DNA of 52,870 nucleotides, from IMG/VR virus record IMGVR_UViG_3300044941_000088, positions 1 through 52,870 of that record. One strand, written 5' to 3'. Source of the DNA: a virus (taxonomy: Duplodnaviria; Caudoviricetes). Positions 43,271 to 51,801 of this stretch are shown here, piece by piece. Both the position numbers and the translations under genes were made by a program. Below the pieces are notes generated by a model. The model saw nothing but the letters and a program-made list of their open reading frames with translations. It was not told where the DNA came from and made no database searches. Positions within the stretch are counted from its first letter, which is position 1; every line of letters begins with the position of its first letter.

Positions 43271-44704
43271 TTACCGAACCGAAACACGAACCGTCGTGCC
43301 CCACGGCGCCACGACATCGGTCGTGATGGCCCACATGACAGGACGCGAACGGGAACAGTCCGGCCCCCACGACACAGGGTAACCATCAGTGAAGAAAACC
43401 ACCGCGCAAAACTCGGCGTCGAACGGAGCCCCTCTGGACTCCAACTCGTCAACACGGCGAAACACAGGGGCAAAACTCGTGCCGCCGCCGCCCTTGAGCT
43501 CCGACCTGACACGCTCAAGCTCGGAACGCGCCTCCTCGACCCCGCCCACTTCCCGCAAGTCGATGACCCACTCGCCAACAATGGCCGCGTCGCACGCGAG
43601 AACCAACAGACGCGTGACGCCAGCATCCTCGCAGATGGATACCACCTCGCCGAAGTAAGCCGACAACTCCTTCGGCGAAACCGACCCGCTCACGTCGAAC
43701 GCAACGACGATCGGCGGCGTCGTCTCCGACCGCCGCTGCGGCGCATAGACACCATGCGCAACCAGAAGCGACCTCACGGGACGCCGCCAGTCCGCATAGT
43801 CCCCTGCGGCGGACGCACGCACCACGAAGTCCTGCAACACCGACCGCCAGTCCACAGTGGGCGTCGCGAACCGCTCGAACACCCGCGCGACGTTGAGCGA
43901 GCCCTGCCCGGCCTGCTTGGCCAATGAGTGCGCGCCGCTCAGCGCTGCTTGCATGGCCTCGGGGCTGTTGTCCAAGACGCCGCCGCCCTCGTCAGGACCG
44001 CCCTCGGGCGTCATGTCGGGCTGCACGTCCGAAAAGCCGTCGCTGTCCAACATAAGTAGTTGCGCGACGCGTTTCACAAGCTGGGAAAGATCGCCAGACT
44101 GACCAGACTGACCAGACTGACCAGACTGACCAGACTGACCAGACTGACCAGACTGACCCTGATCGCTCTCGGGCAGGTTCTCAATGATGCGCTTGTAGAG
44201 CTCCTCCCACTCCATCGTCGGTTCTATGTCCCTATGCGAGATCACGAGACGGCCAGTGAGCGCATCTGCGAACCTCACGAACCAATCCGGCGTAACAGAC
44301 ATGCCGGGGTTCACACCAACCTTGTCGAGATCGAGCGTGCGGTTGATGATCACATCAGCGCAGATGTTCGCGAGATCAGCGTTGAACGGACGCCCAAACA
44401 AACCCACGGCCCTGTAGCCCGCGAACCTGTGCGGGTCGCGACGGTAGAAGTGCAGACACTCATGCGCCAACACATACGCAATCTTCCGAGGATCCTTCAA
44501 CTGCTCCGCAAAAGGAACGCTGAACACGATGCAGGACTTGGTGCACATCGCCGTCTCCACGAACGAACCCTGCCACATGCCCCTGCGGTCCGTCACATGG
44601 AGTAACCCAGGCTCGTATAGAAGCTGCCCGATGCATGCAAACCTCAAACCCAGGTATTTCATCCCGTCCGCGACGGGCGTGTTCCTGTAGTTTACAGTCT
44701 TCAT
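43271..44704 (-). CDS. DUF2201-like metallopeptidase + vWA domain protein
   Basis: LAHECLH...N..AD..IN, MIDAS DVSGS, GGGGTSF.PVF, FTDG. Confidence 0.85.
   Translation of the reverse strand: MKTVNYRNTPVADGMKYLGLRFACIGQLLYEPGLLHVTDRRGMWQGSFVETAMCTKSCIVFSVPFAEQLKDPRKIAYVLAHECLHFYRRDPHRFAGYRAVGLFGRPFNADLANICADVIINRTLDLDKVGVNPGMSVTPDWFVRFADALTGRLVISHRDIEPTMEWEELYKRIIENLPESDQGQSGQSGQSGQSGQSGQSGQSGDLSQLVKRVAQLLMLDSDGFSDVQPDMTPEGGPDEGGGVLDNSPEAMQAALSGAHSLAKQAGQGSLNVARVFERFATPTVDWRSVLQDFVVRASAAGDYADWRRPVRSLLVAHGVYAPQRRSETTPPIVVAFDVSGSVSPKELSAYFGEVVSICEDAGVTRLLVLACDAAIVGEWVIDLREVGGVEEARSELERVRSELKGGGGTSFAPVFRRVDELESRGAPFDAEFCAVVFFTDGYPVSWGPDCSRSRPVMWAITTDVVAPWGTTVRVSVR
44094..44156 (-). repeat. In-frame tandem repeat (CCAGACTGA)7 encoding (QSG)7 linker
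   Basis: Seven perfect 9-bp units. Confidence 0.95.
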
Positions 44705-44826
44705 AGTCGTGCTCCATTTTTAGATGATCAGATGACTGCGCAGAGCCCACCAGCGGACCCGTGGCAGGCTCTGCGCTTTTCTAGGGTAGCAGCGCGACGC
44801 CGACGATATGGCGTTCGCTGCCGTCC

Positions 44827-45045
44827 TCAGAACTCGTCGCCGTCTTCCAGATAGCTCTTCTGCCCCTGGAGCAGGCAGGCGGCCTCGTGGACAGCCTTCA
44901 ACAGCAAACGCCGCGCCACGGCCTCACCGTTGCTCTCAATCCAGCCGTCGCTCATCCGAGCGAGCTTTGCGATCGCGATAACGTCGCGGCGGATCAGCGC
45001 CTCCGCAGCGGCGCGGATCAGATCGTTGGTGTTCCTGATGGTCAT
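44827..45045 (-). CDS. Small hypothetical early protein
   Basis: GAGGAG RBS before MTIRNTNDLI. Confidence 0.65.
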   Translation of the reverse strand: MTIRNTNDLIRAAAEALIRRDVIAIAKLARMSDGWIESNGEAVARRLLLKAVHEAACLLQGQKSYLEDGDEF

Positions 45046-45089
45046 CGTCGTCTCTCCTCTTGCTTGGGGCCTCGCCCCGTCTCCGTAAT

Positions 45090-45128
45090 ACACACAGACA
45101 CACAGACACACAGACACACAGACACACA
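45090..45128. repeat. Intergenic (ACACACAG)~5 tandem repeat
   Basis: acacacag x4 + acacaca. Confidence 0.9.
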
Positions 45129-45197
45129 TCGCGCAAAGTCCCAATCGGCGGGGACCGCGCACGGGCGGCAAAAGCCACCCGAAACAAGCCAGAACAG

Positions 45198-46043
45198 TCA
45201 GACATTCCCGAGATCGCCCCCCTCATTGTCCATCACATCGCCGTTTTCAGCATCGAACTCCTCGCCAAAAACAACACGACGAGAAGCCGCCCCAGACGCC
45301 AAAATCGTCTCAATCCCGTAAGGGTCAGGCGCCCTCGCACTTCGACTCAACAACTGCTCATGCAGCAAGTCACGCTTCGTAACACGCGGAGCCTGCCCAG
45401 TCGCAAACTCAAACGAATGCAGCGCAAGCGTGCCCGACATGAGATCAGAAACCCGAGCGTCTGGATAATGATAACAAAGCCTCGCCAGCGTGTAGGCAAT
45501 GTCAGGCGGCAGCCGAGGAACCAGACGCTGAAACATCTCGCTCCCCAAAACCCCGAGAAGCCGATCCTTCAGCGTTACATCGTGTAACCACAACGGAACA
45601 ACCAGCCGAACAAGAGAAACCCGCGTCGCCGGCGTCAAATACTGACGCTGAGCCCCAACACCCGCACGAAGCACATCCAGCCGATTGGCCATCTGCGACG
45701 CAAAGTCAGACTCCTGCTCAATGTAACGAACAAAGCGGTCCGACCAACGACCATCATTCAGAACAGCACGGTGAATCGAACCCTCGGTCACACCACTCAG
45801 CGTAGCCACGCGACCAACCTTCTCACGCAAGTCCGCCCACCCAGTCGGCGCCAAATTGAACGGCGGAGGAAGCAAACGGTTGAAGTCACCATACTTCACA
45901 GCCACGCGACGAAAGCGGTTGTAAACAACCCGCATCCGGCGAAGCATGTCGCTCGGCACCGAACGGCTCAGCCGAACAAGCGGCAGCCCGTGCTCGATCA
46001 GCAGATGCGAGGTGGCTTGGCCCACTTCGTATATGTCCTTCAT
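45198..46043 (-). CDS. Hypothetical early protein
   Basis: AAGGAG RBS before MKDIYEVG; ~281 aa. Confidence 0.65.
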   Translation of the reverse strand: MKDIYEVGQATSHLLIEHGLPLVRLSRSVPSDMLRRMRVVYNRFRRVAVKYGDFNRLLPPPFNLAPTGWADLREKVGRVATLSGVTEGSIHRAVLNDGRWSDRFVRYIEQESDFASQMANRLDVLRAGVGAQRQYLTPATRVSLVRLVVPLWLHDVTLKDRLLGVLGSEMFQRLVPRLPPDIAYTLARLCYHYPDARVSDLMSGTLALHSFEFATGQAPRVTKRDLLHEQLLSRSARAPDPYGIETILASGAASRRVVFGEEFDAENGDVMDNEGGDLGNV

Positions 46044-46864
46044 TTTGCTCACTCCTTTTGGTGGTTGCGTGCGGAAACCGGGCATCGTGTGTAAAAACTG
46101 CGAAGTCTTGTGTAAGTTTTTTTCAACCAGAGGTAGAAATACACAAAAAACGGGCGAAATCCCCGACTTTCTTCACCACATGGCCAAAATACCTACCACT
46201 TTCCCCTGCTTTCCCGCTCACGTTGGGTCGGAGGCCTGTCCGCAAGCCATTGATAATAGGTCTTTTTCCAAACATGGTTTGTAGTTTTCGGGGGTATGCC
46301 TCTCACGAGATACCCTTCCCCCCGCGCCCCCCGCTAGCGGGTGTCGAGCTGCCGGGCGTTACCCGCTAGCGGGTGATTTTTGGGAGCGGGTATGTTTCAC
46401 TCGAACATGCTTGGTTTATACTTATCATAATCGAGTAAGTAATATAAGTCAAGCACTTACCCGCTCGAAAACTTGGCTCGTGAGCGGGTTTGGGGGGTAA
46501 GTTGGTGCAGAATGGAGGCATGTGGTGAAAAAACTCCCACACCGGACACCTGCGACGTGGTGATTTAGAAAGAGCCGCAGTTGTTCGACAACATGTTTGA
46601 GATACCAAGCGAAAACAATGACTTGGCGAGACGGCCTGTGCAAAAGCGCAGAATGACTGGGATGTTGTGGTGGAAAAACTCCCATACCGGACGCCTTTGG
46701 TGTGGTGATTTTTGCCAGACGCCTAGTTTCTGCACATGAGTTCTAAAAAACTAAACAAACTCAAAGGCTTAGGTTGCTGCGGCCTGAGCCGCGCGTATCC
46801 TAGTCTATGCGCTCGTGACTGCGCAAGCCGCTCCGCCGCTGCGCGGAGCGGCTCGGTTGGAAGG

Positions 46865-47059
46865 TTACACGGTGTAAAGGATGCCGCCTGCGCGAATGGC
46901 GGCCACCATGGCGTCGAGCTCTGCGTCCGCGTCGGCCTGTATCTCGCCTGCGGTCCAGACGAGATAAGCAGTGAAGGCGTCACGGTCGCGCGTGTTGGCC
47001 TCCTGCATGTAGTTACGGTCGCGGTTCCCGATGCGAATGGTCGAGTGGTTGGCTTTCAT
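46865..47059 (-). CDS. Small hypothetical early protein
   Basis: AAGGAG RBS before MKANHSTIRIG; a palindrome copy lies at each end. Confidence 0.65.
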   Translation of the reverse strand: MKANHSTIRIGNRDRNYMQEANTRDRDAFTAYLVWTAGEIQADADAELDAMVAAIRAGGILYTV

Positions 47060-47150
47060 GGTTGTTCTCCTTGGGCTTGGGTTACTCGGTGTAACGGGCG
47101 CGGATTCCAGTCTATCCCCGCGTCCCCGTGACTGCGCGTGATTGCGCGCG

Positions 47151-47220
47151 CAAAAAAAGAGCGCGCAGCCCGAAGGCCACGCGCAGCCCGAAGGCCACGC
47201 GCAGCCCGAAGGCCACGCGC
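47151..47220 (-). terminator. Rho-independent terminator built of three tandem 18-bp C(UUCG)G hairpin units
   Basis: (GCGCAGCCCGAAGGCCAC)3 at 47163-47216; minus strand GTGGCC-TTCG-GGCTGC followed by TCTTTTTTT. Confidence 0.85.
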
Positions 47221-47229
47221 GTTGTGTTG

Positions 47230-47871
47230 TCACTCGGCTGCGAGGTTGGCGATGGCGTCGGCGATGTCCGCAACCTTGGCGGCGGCGTCGGCGTCAACAA
47301 CCTTGGCCAGGATGCGCATCGCGCGCAGCGCCGTTTCGATGAGCCGCGCCGCGTCGTCCGAATCGATCTGTTTCGTGACCTTCTCGGCGGCCAGTTGCGG
47401 CGTGATGTTCGCGCCCTTGGCCCGTTCGATGACATACGCGCGGCGGGCCTTCACCACAAGCGCGGGCTGGCCGCACAGCTCTTCCGCCGCGGCTTTCTTG
47501 GCGTCGTCGTTCCAGCCGAAGTTGGCGGCGAAGGCGTCCGCGACGATGCAGCCCGCCATTTCGTCGCCGTGCGCCTTCAAGAACGCGCGCACAAGCGGGA
47601 TGATGTCCACGCTGTGCGACTTGGACACATTCAGGAACGCGGTCTGAACCTTGTCGTTGCGGTTCGGCTTGGGGCCACAGTTGGTGAGCGTGGCCTTCAG
47701 TTGCGTTGCGACCTCGGCCAGCACCTCGGGCGTGATGACCGGGGCTTCCGGCTGGGCGGGCTGGGCGGGCTTGGCGGGCTTGGCGGGCTTGACGGCCTCG
47801 GCGGGCTGGGCGGCCTCGGCGGGCTGGGCGGCCTCGGCGGGCTGGGCGCCCTTGATGGAAAGCTTGACCAT
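47230..47871 (-). CDS. First early gene; hypothetical protein with PAEAAQ/PAK repeats
   Basis: AAGAGG RBS before MVKLSIKG; strongly biased codon use suggests high expression. Confidence 0.75.
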   Translation of the reverse strand: MVKLSIKGAQPAEAAQPAEAAQPAEAVKPAKPAKPAQPAQPEAPVITPEVLAEVATQLKATLTNCGPKPNRNDKVQTAFLNVSKSHSVDIIPLVRAFLKAHGDEMAGCIVADAFAANFGWNDDAKKAAAEELCGQPALVVKARRAYVIERAKGANITPQLAAEKVTKQIDSDDAARLIETALRAMRILAKVVDADAAAKVADIADAIANLAAE

Positions 47872-48096
47872 TGATTGCCTCTTAGATTGAGGGTGGGAGG
47901 TGAAGGGGGCCGGGATGGACACCCCATATGAGGAAGGGGGGAAGTAGATGGAGGGGGTAGGGGGCCGGATGGACAGGGGGCGGTGGGGGTCCACGCCCAT
48001 CGGGTCAAACTCACCAACCCACGACCCCATTCCCGGTGTTCACACCGTGTAAACACCACAAAAGCGGTTACACGGCCTAACCGTTGTCGGTTGGTG

Positions 48097-48125
48097 TTGA
48101 CGTTTGGTTTGTTTTGTGCTATGTG
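48097..48125 (+). promoter_or_regulatory. Sigma70-like promoter
   Basis: TTGACG (48097), 17 nt, TATGTG (48120); two palindrome copies just upstream (48039-48053, 48067-48081). Confidence 0.55.
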
Positions 48126-48130
48126 GAGGG

Positions 48131-48207
48131 TGTCGTGACTCTCCTTGGATGGTTCAGGCTCCTGCCGACCTGAAGACCGCCGGTTCCTCCCCCGGCGGTC
48201 TTTTTTT
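48131..48207 (+). ncRNA. Candidate ~75-nt small RNA with anti-SD seed
   Basis: Lies between the promoter and a strong terminator with no convincing ORF. Contains UCUCCUUGGAUGGUU, hairpin TTCAGG..CCTGAA and the terminator. Confidence 0.5.
48173..48207 (+). terminator. Rho-independent terminator
   Basis: AAGACCGCCGG-loop-CCGGCGGTCTT followed by T run. Confidence 0.85.
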
Positions 48208-48302
48208 ATTTCTGCGTTGTGAGGTTAGGCTGTTGGGCCTATCGACATTGGGCGGTGAAGAGTGTAATCTTGTGTGGGTTGTGGAGTTGGGGTGTTGGTG
48301 GC

Positions 48303-49700
48303 GTGCAGCGGCCTGTTTTCAGACATCCTCTCGGGACTGATTTGGCGCTGCGTTTTGCGGCGACTGTTGATCCTTCGGTTCCTGTTCCGTCGTTTGCGTC
48401 GTGGACGGTTACGCTGGTGATTTGGAATCCGCAGACGCTTGGGTCTGTTCGAGTTCCTTGCGAATACGAGTTTACGCCGCCTGACGTGCATGAGTTTGTG
48501 TGTCATGTTGCGGCTGCCGAGCAGGCTGGCTGGCCTGTGGGTGATGTATATGCGGCGCTTGAGATTGTGGCGCCTCCGTTGCTTGGGTTTTCGCCGAACG
48601 AGATGCACAATCTGTTGCGTGCCGAGGCGGTGAAGATTCGGCTTGATGCGCCTCCTCCTCCTGTATCCTTGCCGCCGGATTTAGCGGGTGTTCCTTATAT
48701 TGACTTCATTGGTCCTGTTGGTCCTGCCGGGCCGCCTGGTCCGGTTGGTCCGGTTGGTCCGGTTGGTTCTGCGCCGTTGCATCAGTGGGATGGCACGCGA
48801 GTCAGGTTCAGTTTTCCTGGTGGGGGCTGGGGTTCGTATGTTGATCTTGTTGGTCCTGCTGGGCCGCCTCCGGCGCATGAATGGTTTGGTTCGCAGCTGA
48901 GGTTCAGGAACCCGGATGGTTCGTGGGGGGTGTATTCTGACCTGCTTGGTCCGCAGGGTTTGCCTGCTCCTGCGTCGCAGACTCCGTTTGCGCCCACTTC
49001 GACGATTGCTGCGTTGAATGTTCAGGCTGCGATTGAGCAGGTGGATGGGGTATTTTCCGGGTTTGGTCGGACGCTGGTTGGGAGTGTGAATGCTTCAGCG
49101 GCTCGGTCGGTTTTGGCGCTTGGCGACGCGGCTACGTTCAACCGCGCCAGCAAGGATCAGGCTGAGGCTGGCACGAGCAATGACACGCTGATGACTCCGC
49201 TTCGGGTTGCGGAGGCGATAGCGGCTTTGACATCTGGTATTGCCAACATTCTGGCTGGGCAGATGGCGCCGGTCACGGCTGGTGATGCGGTGGTGTTGAA
49301 GCATTGTTCTGGTGGTGGTGACGACGAGCTTGTGCACTCTAGAGAGGGTTCTGGCACGAGTTACCGTGTTCTGATTGCCGAAACCGCGCTTACTGCGACG
49401 AGGAGCTGCTCTTTGCGCGTCGCGTTTGAGCACGCTAGTGGTAGTTCGCATGGCCTGCTGGCCTATGCAGCCGTGCTTCGTGATGGGGTGGTCTTGCAGG
49501 AGTGGTCGACGACTTCTTCGGCGTGGGCGGTTCGTATTTTTGACGTGGCTTTGGCGGCAGGTCAGACGGTGTGTATTCGCCTTGGTGCGACTGGGGCCAC
49601 GCAAGGCGGGGGGGAAGGAGAAGTTATAAACTTCACTGGCGTGTCAAAAATACGGCGTGTGCGATACATGGGCAACCAGCGCTCGTTGATAGGGCTTTGA
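48303..49700 (+). CDS. Tail fibre protein with collagen-like GPx repeats (start uncertain)
   Basis: GPVGPAGPPGPVGPVGPVG; two HxWxGxxxRFxxPxGxWGxYxDLxGP modules; QAEAGTSNDTLMTPLRV fibre motif. Confidence 0.75.
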   Translation: MQRPVFRHPLGTDLALRFAATVDPSVPVPSFASWTVTLVIWNPQTLGSVRVPCEYEFTPPDVHEFVCHVAAAEQAGWPVGDVYAALEIVAPPLLGFSPNEMHNLLRAEAVKIRLDAPPPPVSLPPDLAGVPYIDFIGPVGPAGPPGPVGPVGPVGSAPLHQWDGTRVRFSFPGGGWGSYVDLVGPAGPPPAHEWFGSQLRFRNPDGSWGVYSDLLGPQGLPAPASQTPFAPTSTIAALNVQAAIEQVDGVFSGFGRTLVGSVNASAARSVLALGDAATFNRASKDQAEAGTSNDTLMTPLRVAEAIAALTSGIANILAGQMAPVTAGDAVVLKHCSGGGDDELVHSREGSGTSYRVLIAETALTATRSCSLRVAFEHASGSSHGLLAYAAVLRDGVVLQEWSTTSSAWAVRIFDVALAAGQTVCIRLGATGATQGGGEGEVINFTGVSKIRRVRYMGNQRSLIGL

Positions 49701-49737
49701 GTGTGCGGGCGTCGTAAGGTAACAATCGAGGTTTGAG

Positions 49738-51801
49738 ATGCCAACGAGGCCGCCTTGGGCAAACGAGTATGGATACAACTTTAACACTGAAGGGGTGTCT
49801 TTCAAGGTTTTGTATGGTCAGGGTTTGCCTGGGCCGCCTGGTGTTCAGGCGACTTTGCGTGTTATTGGGTCGAGTCCTACTACTGCCGGGCTTCCGCCGT
49901 CGGCGGATGTGGGTGATGCATGGGTTACCGGGCCGGAGAGTGACAGTCGTGCGCGGACTGTGTGGTTGTGGAATGCTCAGTATCCTGGTGGTCCTGGTGG
50001 GTGGTTTGAGGCGTTTCGGTTTGTTGCGCCGCCTGGGCCGAAGCCGAATCATCAGTGGTCTGGGACTTCTTTGCGGTTTGAGCGCCCGGACGGTTCGTGG
50101 GGGCCTTACGTCAATCTGAGGGGGCCGCAGGGTATTAAGGGCGATCCCGGCAACTACCTCGGGCTGGCTGTCAACGGCTTCGGTAACAGCCTCAGCGAGC
50201 GGCCAGCAAACCCCGGAGTAAACAATTATGTATGGGGGCTGCGGAACAATGGCGTCGTCACGCTCTACATCTGGGATGCGAATGGCGGCCAGTGGTCGGT
50301 GTTGGGCGAGATCACGGCGCCGGAGGCTTATCCGGTTGCCAACCGCATCTATGTTCAGAAGAACGGCAACGACGCCAACAGCGGAGCGAGTCTGAGCACT
50401 GCGCGCTTGACGATTCAGGGTGCCATTGCGCGTGCCAACGAGCTGGGGGGTTCTGGGCAGATTTACGTCTGTCCTGGCGTTTACACCAAGCCTTCCGCGG
50501 CGACGTGGGATGTGCCGGATGGCTGGTCGATTTACTGTGAGCCGCGCGCCTGCATGATTGTGCCTGCGCCTGGCACAGAGCAGTCGAACGTGTTCAGTCT
50601 GTCCAACGGGACATTCATTCATGGGTTCACCTGTAGCGGCTTTGTTCACGACGATCTGGACAATCCTACGACTGGGTTCATTGCGGTATTCAAGCCCGGT
50701 GCGCAAATTGACCGGCTGCCTTATCTGATGAACTGTGTTGCGTTCAGACCGCAACCGATGGCGTTGATCAGCGATCCGAACCCGTCTCCTGGGGGCGGTG
50801 TTTTGATGTGCGATGCCACTGTGCTTGACCCCAACAGCACGTTCAAGCAGGCGGTGGCGTTCGCCGCCACGGGGTCCAGCAGCAACGGCGTGTTCTACTG
50901 CGCCAAGAATCTGGCTCTGATCCACCTCGTCTCGGGTGTCATGATCTGGCACAACAAGGCATTTTTGGCGCTTGGGGGCGGCGAGGTCACTTTGTCGAAC
51001 TGCGAGACGCAGTTTGGCGAAGATGCGATGGTTGCGGATGGTTATGGCAAGACGCTGGTGGTTTCCCGGACTCCGACCAGCGGAGACCATTCTGCGGCGG
51101 CGACGCTGATCGAGAATGCTGTGGAGGGCATTGTCGACGCGATGTGGGCTCACCTGGTGGCGCAGGGGTTTACGACTGGCTGGCCTTCGCAGGCGGAGGT
51201 GTTTACGCGGCGGGACGCGGCGAATTGGCTGAAGGCGATCGTCATTGGCCTGCGGCGGGGGACGTATGCGCCGATTCATCAGTTCGCTCGCGGTCTTTAC
51301 AAGGTTGCGGCGACCGGCGACTACTGGGTTTCGACGCTGGTTCCGGTGTTTGCCGCGTCTTATCTTCCGGCGTTCATTGAGAGTTTCGAGGAGATGCAGC
51401 GTCGGATTGCAGCGCTGCCTGGGATTTTGCCTGCGTCCGTGACGCGCGCTAACAGCTTCAAGACGGTGCTGATTGATGCGTTGCAAAACCCGCGCTTCCG
51501 CAAGGCGCGGTCGCGGATCAAGTCGACATCGCACACGTTCACGCAGGCTGGGGCCGGGGTCAACAGGGCGGCGCTGCCGGACCGCTTTGGTGGCGCTGGC
51601 GTTTCGCTCAAAATGAGCCGTGTCGTGAAGCAGCGGCGCGGCGGACGGGTCATATTCAGCGGGCAGGATGATCGGGGCAACGTCAGTTTTGTGGGCGGGC
51701 TTGTCTACGACGCCCGCTCCGGTTTGCTGACTGGTGCGGCGTTCGACGCGGCGGTGGAGCTTCGGGCCATTGAGGCCGCCATTGCAACAGGGGGACTGTG
51801 A
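49738..51801 (+). CDS. Tail fibre/spike protein with probable beta-helix domain
   Basis: Third HQWSGTSLRFERPDGSWGPYVNLRGP module; IYVQKNGNDANSG...LTIQGAI...IYVCPGVY is a pectin-lyase-like start motif. Confidence 0.75.
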   Translation: MPTRPPWANEYGYNFNTEGVSFKVLYGQGLPGPPGVQATLRVIGSSPTTAGLPPSADVGDAWVTGPESDSRARTVWLWNAQYPGGPGGWFEAFRFVAPPGPKPNHQWSGTSLRFERPDGSWGPYVNLRGPQGIKGDPGNYLGLAVNGFGNSLSERPANPGVNNYVWGLRNNGVVTLYIWDANGGQWSVLGEITAPEAYPVANRIYVQKNGNDANSGASLSTARLTIQGAIARANELGGSGQIYVCPGVYTKPSAATWDVPDGWSIYCEPRACMIVPAPGTEQSNVFSLSNGTFIHGFTCSGFVHDDLDNPTTGFIAVFKPGAQIDRLPYLMNCVAFRPQPMALISDPNPSPGGGVLMCDATVLDPNSTFKQAVAFAATGSSSNGVFYCAKNLALIHLVSGVMIWHNKAFLALGGGEVTLSNCETQFGEDAMVADGYGKTLVVSRTPTSGDHSAAATLIENAVEGIVDAMWAHLVAQGFTTGWPSQAEVFTRRDAANWLKAIVIGLRRGTYAPIHQFARGLYKVAATGDYWVSTLVPVFAASYLPAFIESFEEMQRRIAALPGILPASVTRANSFKTVLIDALQNPRFRKARSRIKSTSHTFTQAGAGVNRAALPDRFGGAGVSLKMSRVVKQRRGGRVIFSGQDDRGNVSFVGGLVYDARSGLLTGAAFDAAVELRAIEAAIATGGL

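Noticed and set aside
47163-47216. Mini-CRISPR or iteron call for the 18-bp triple repeat
   Set aside because: Units are contiguous without spacers and form a terminator with a U tract
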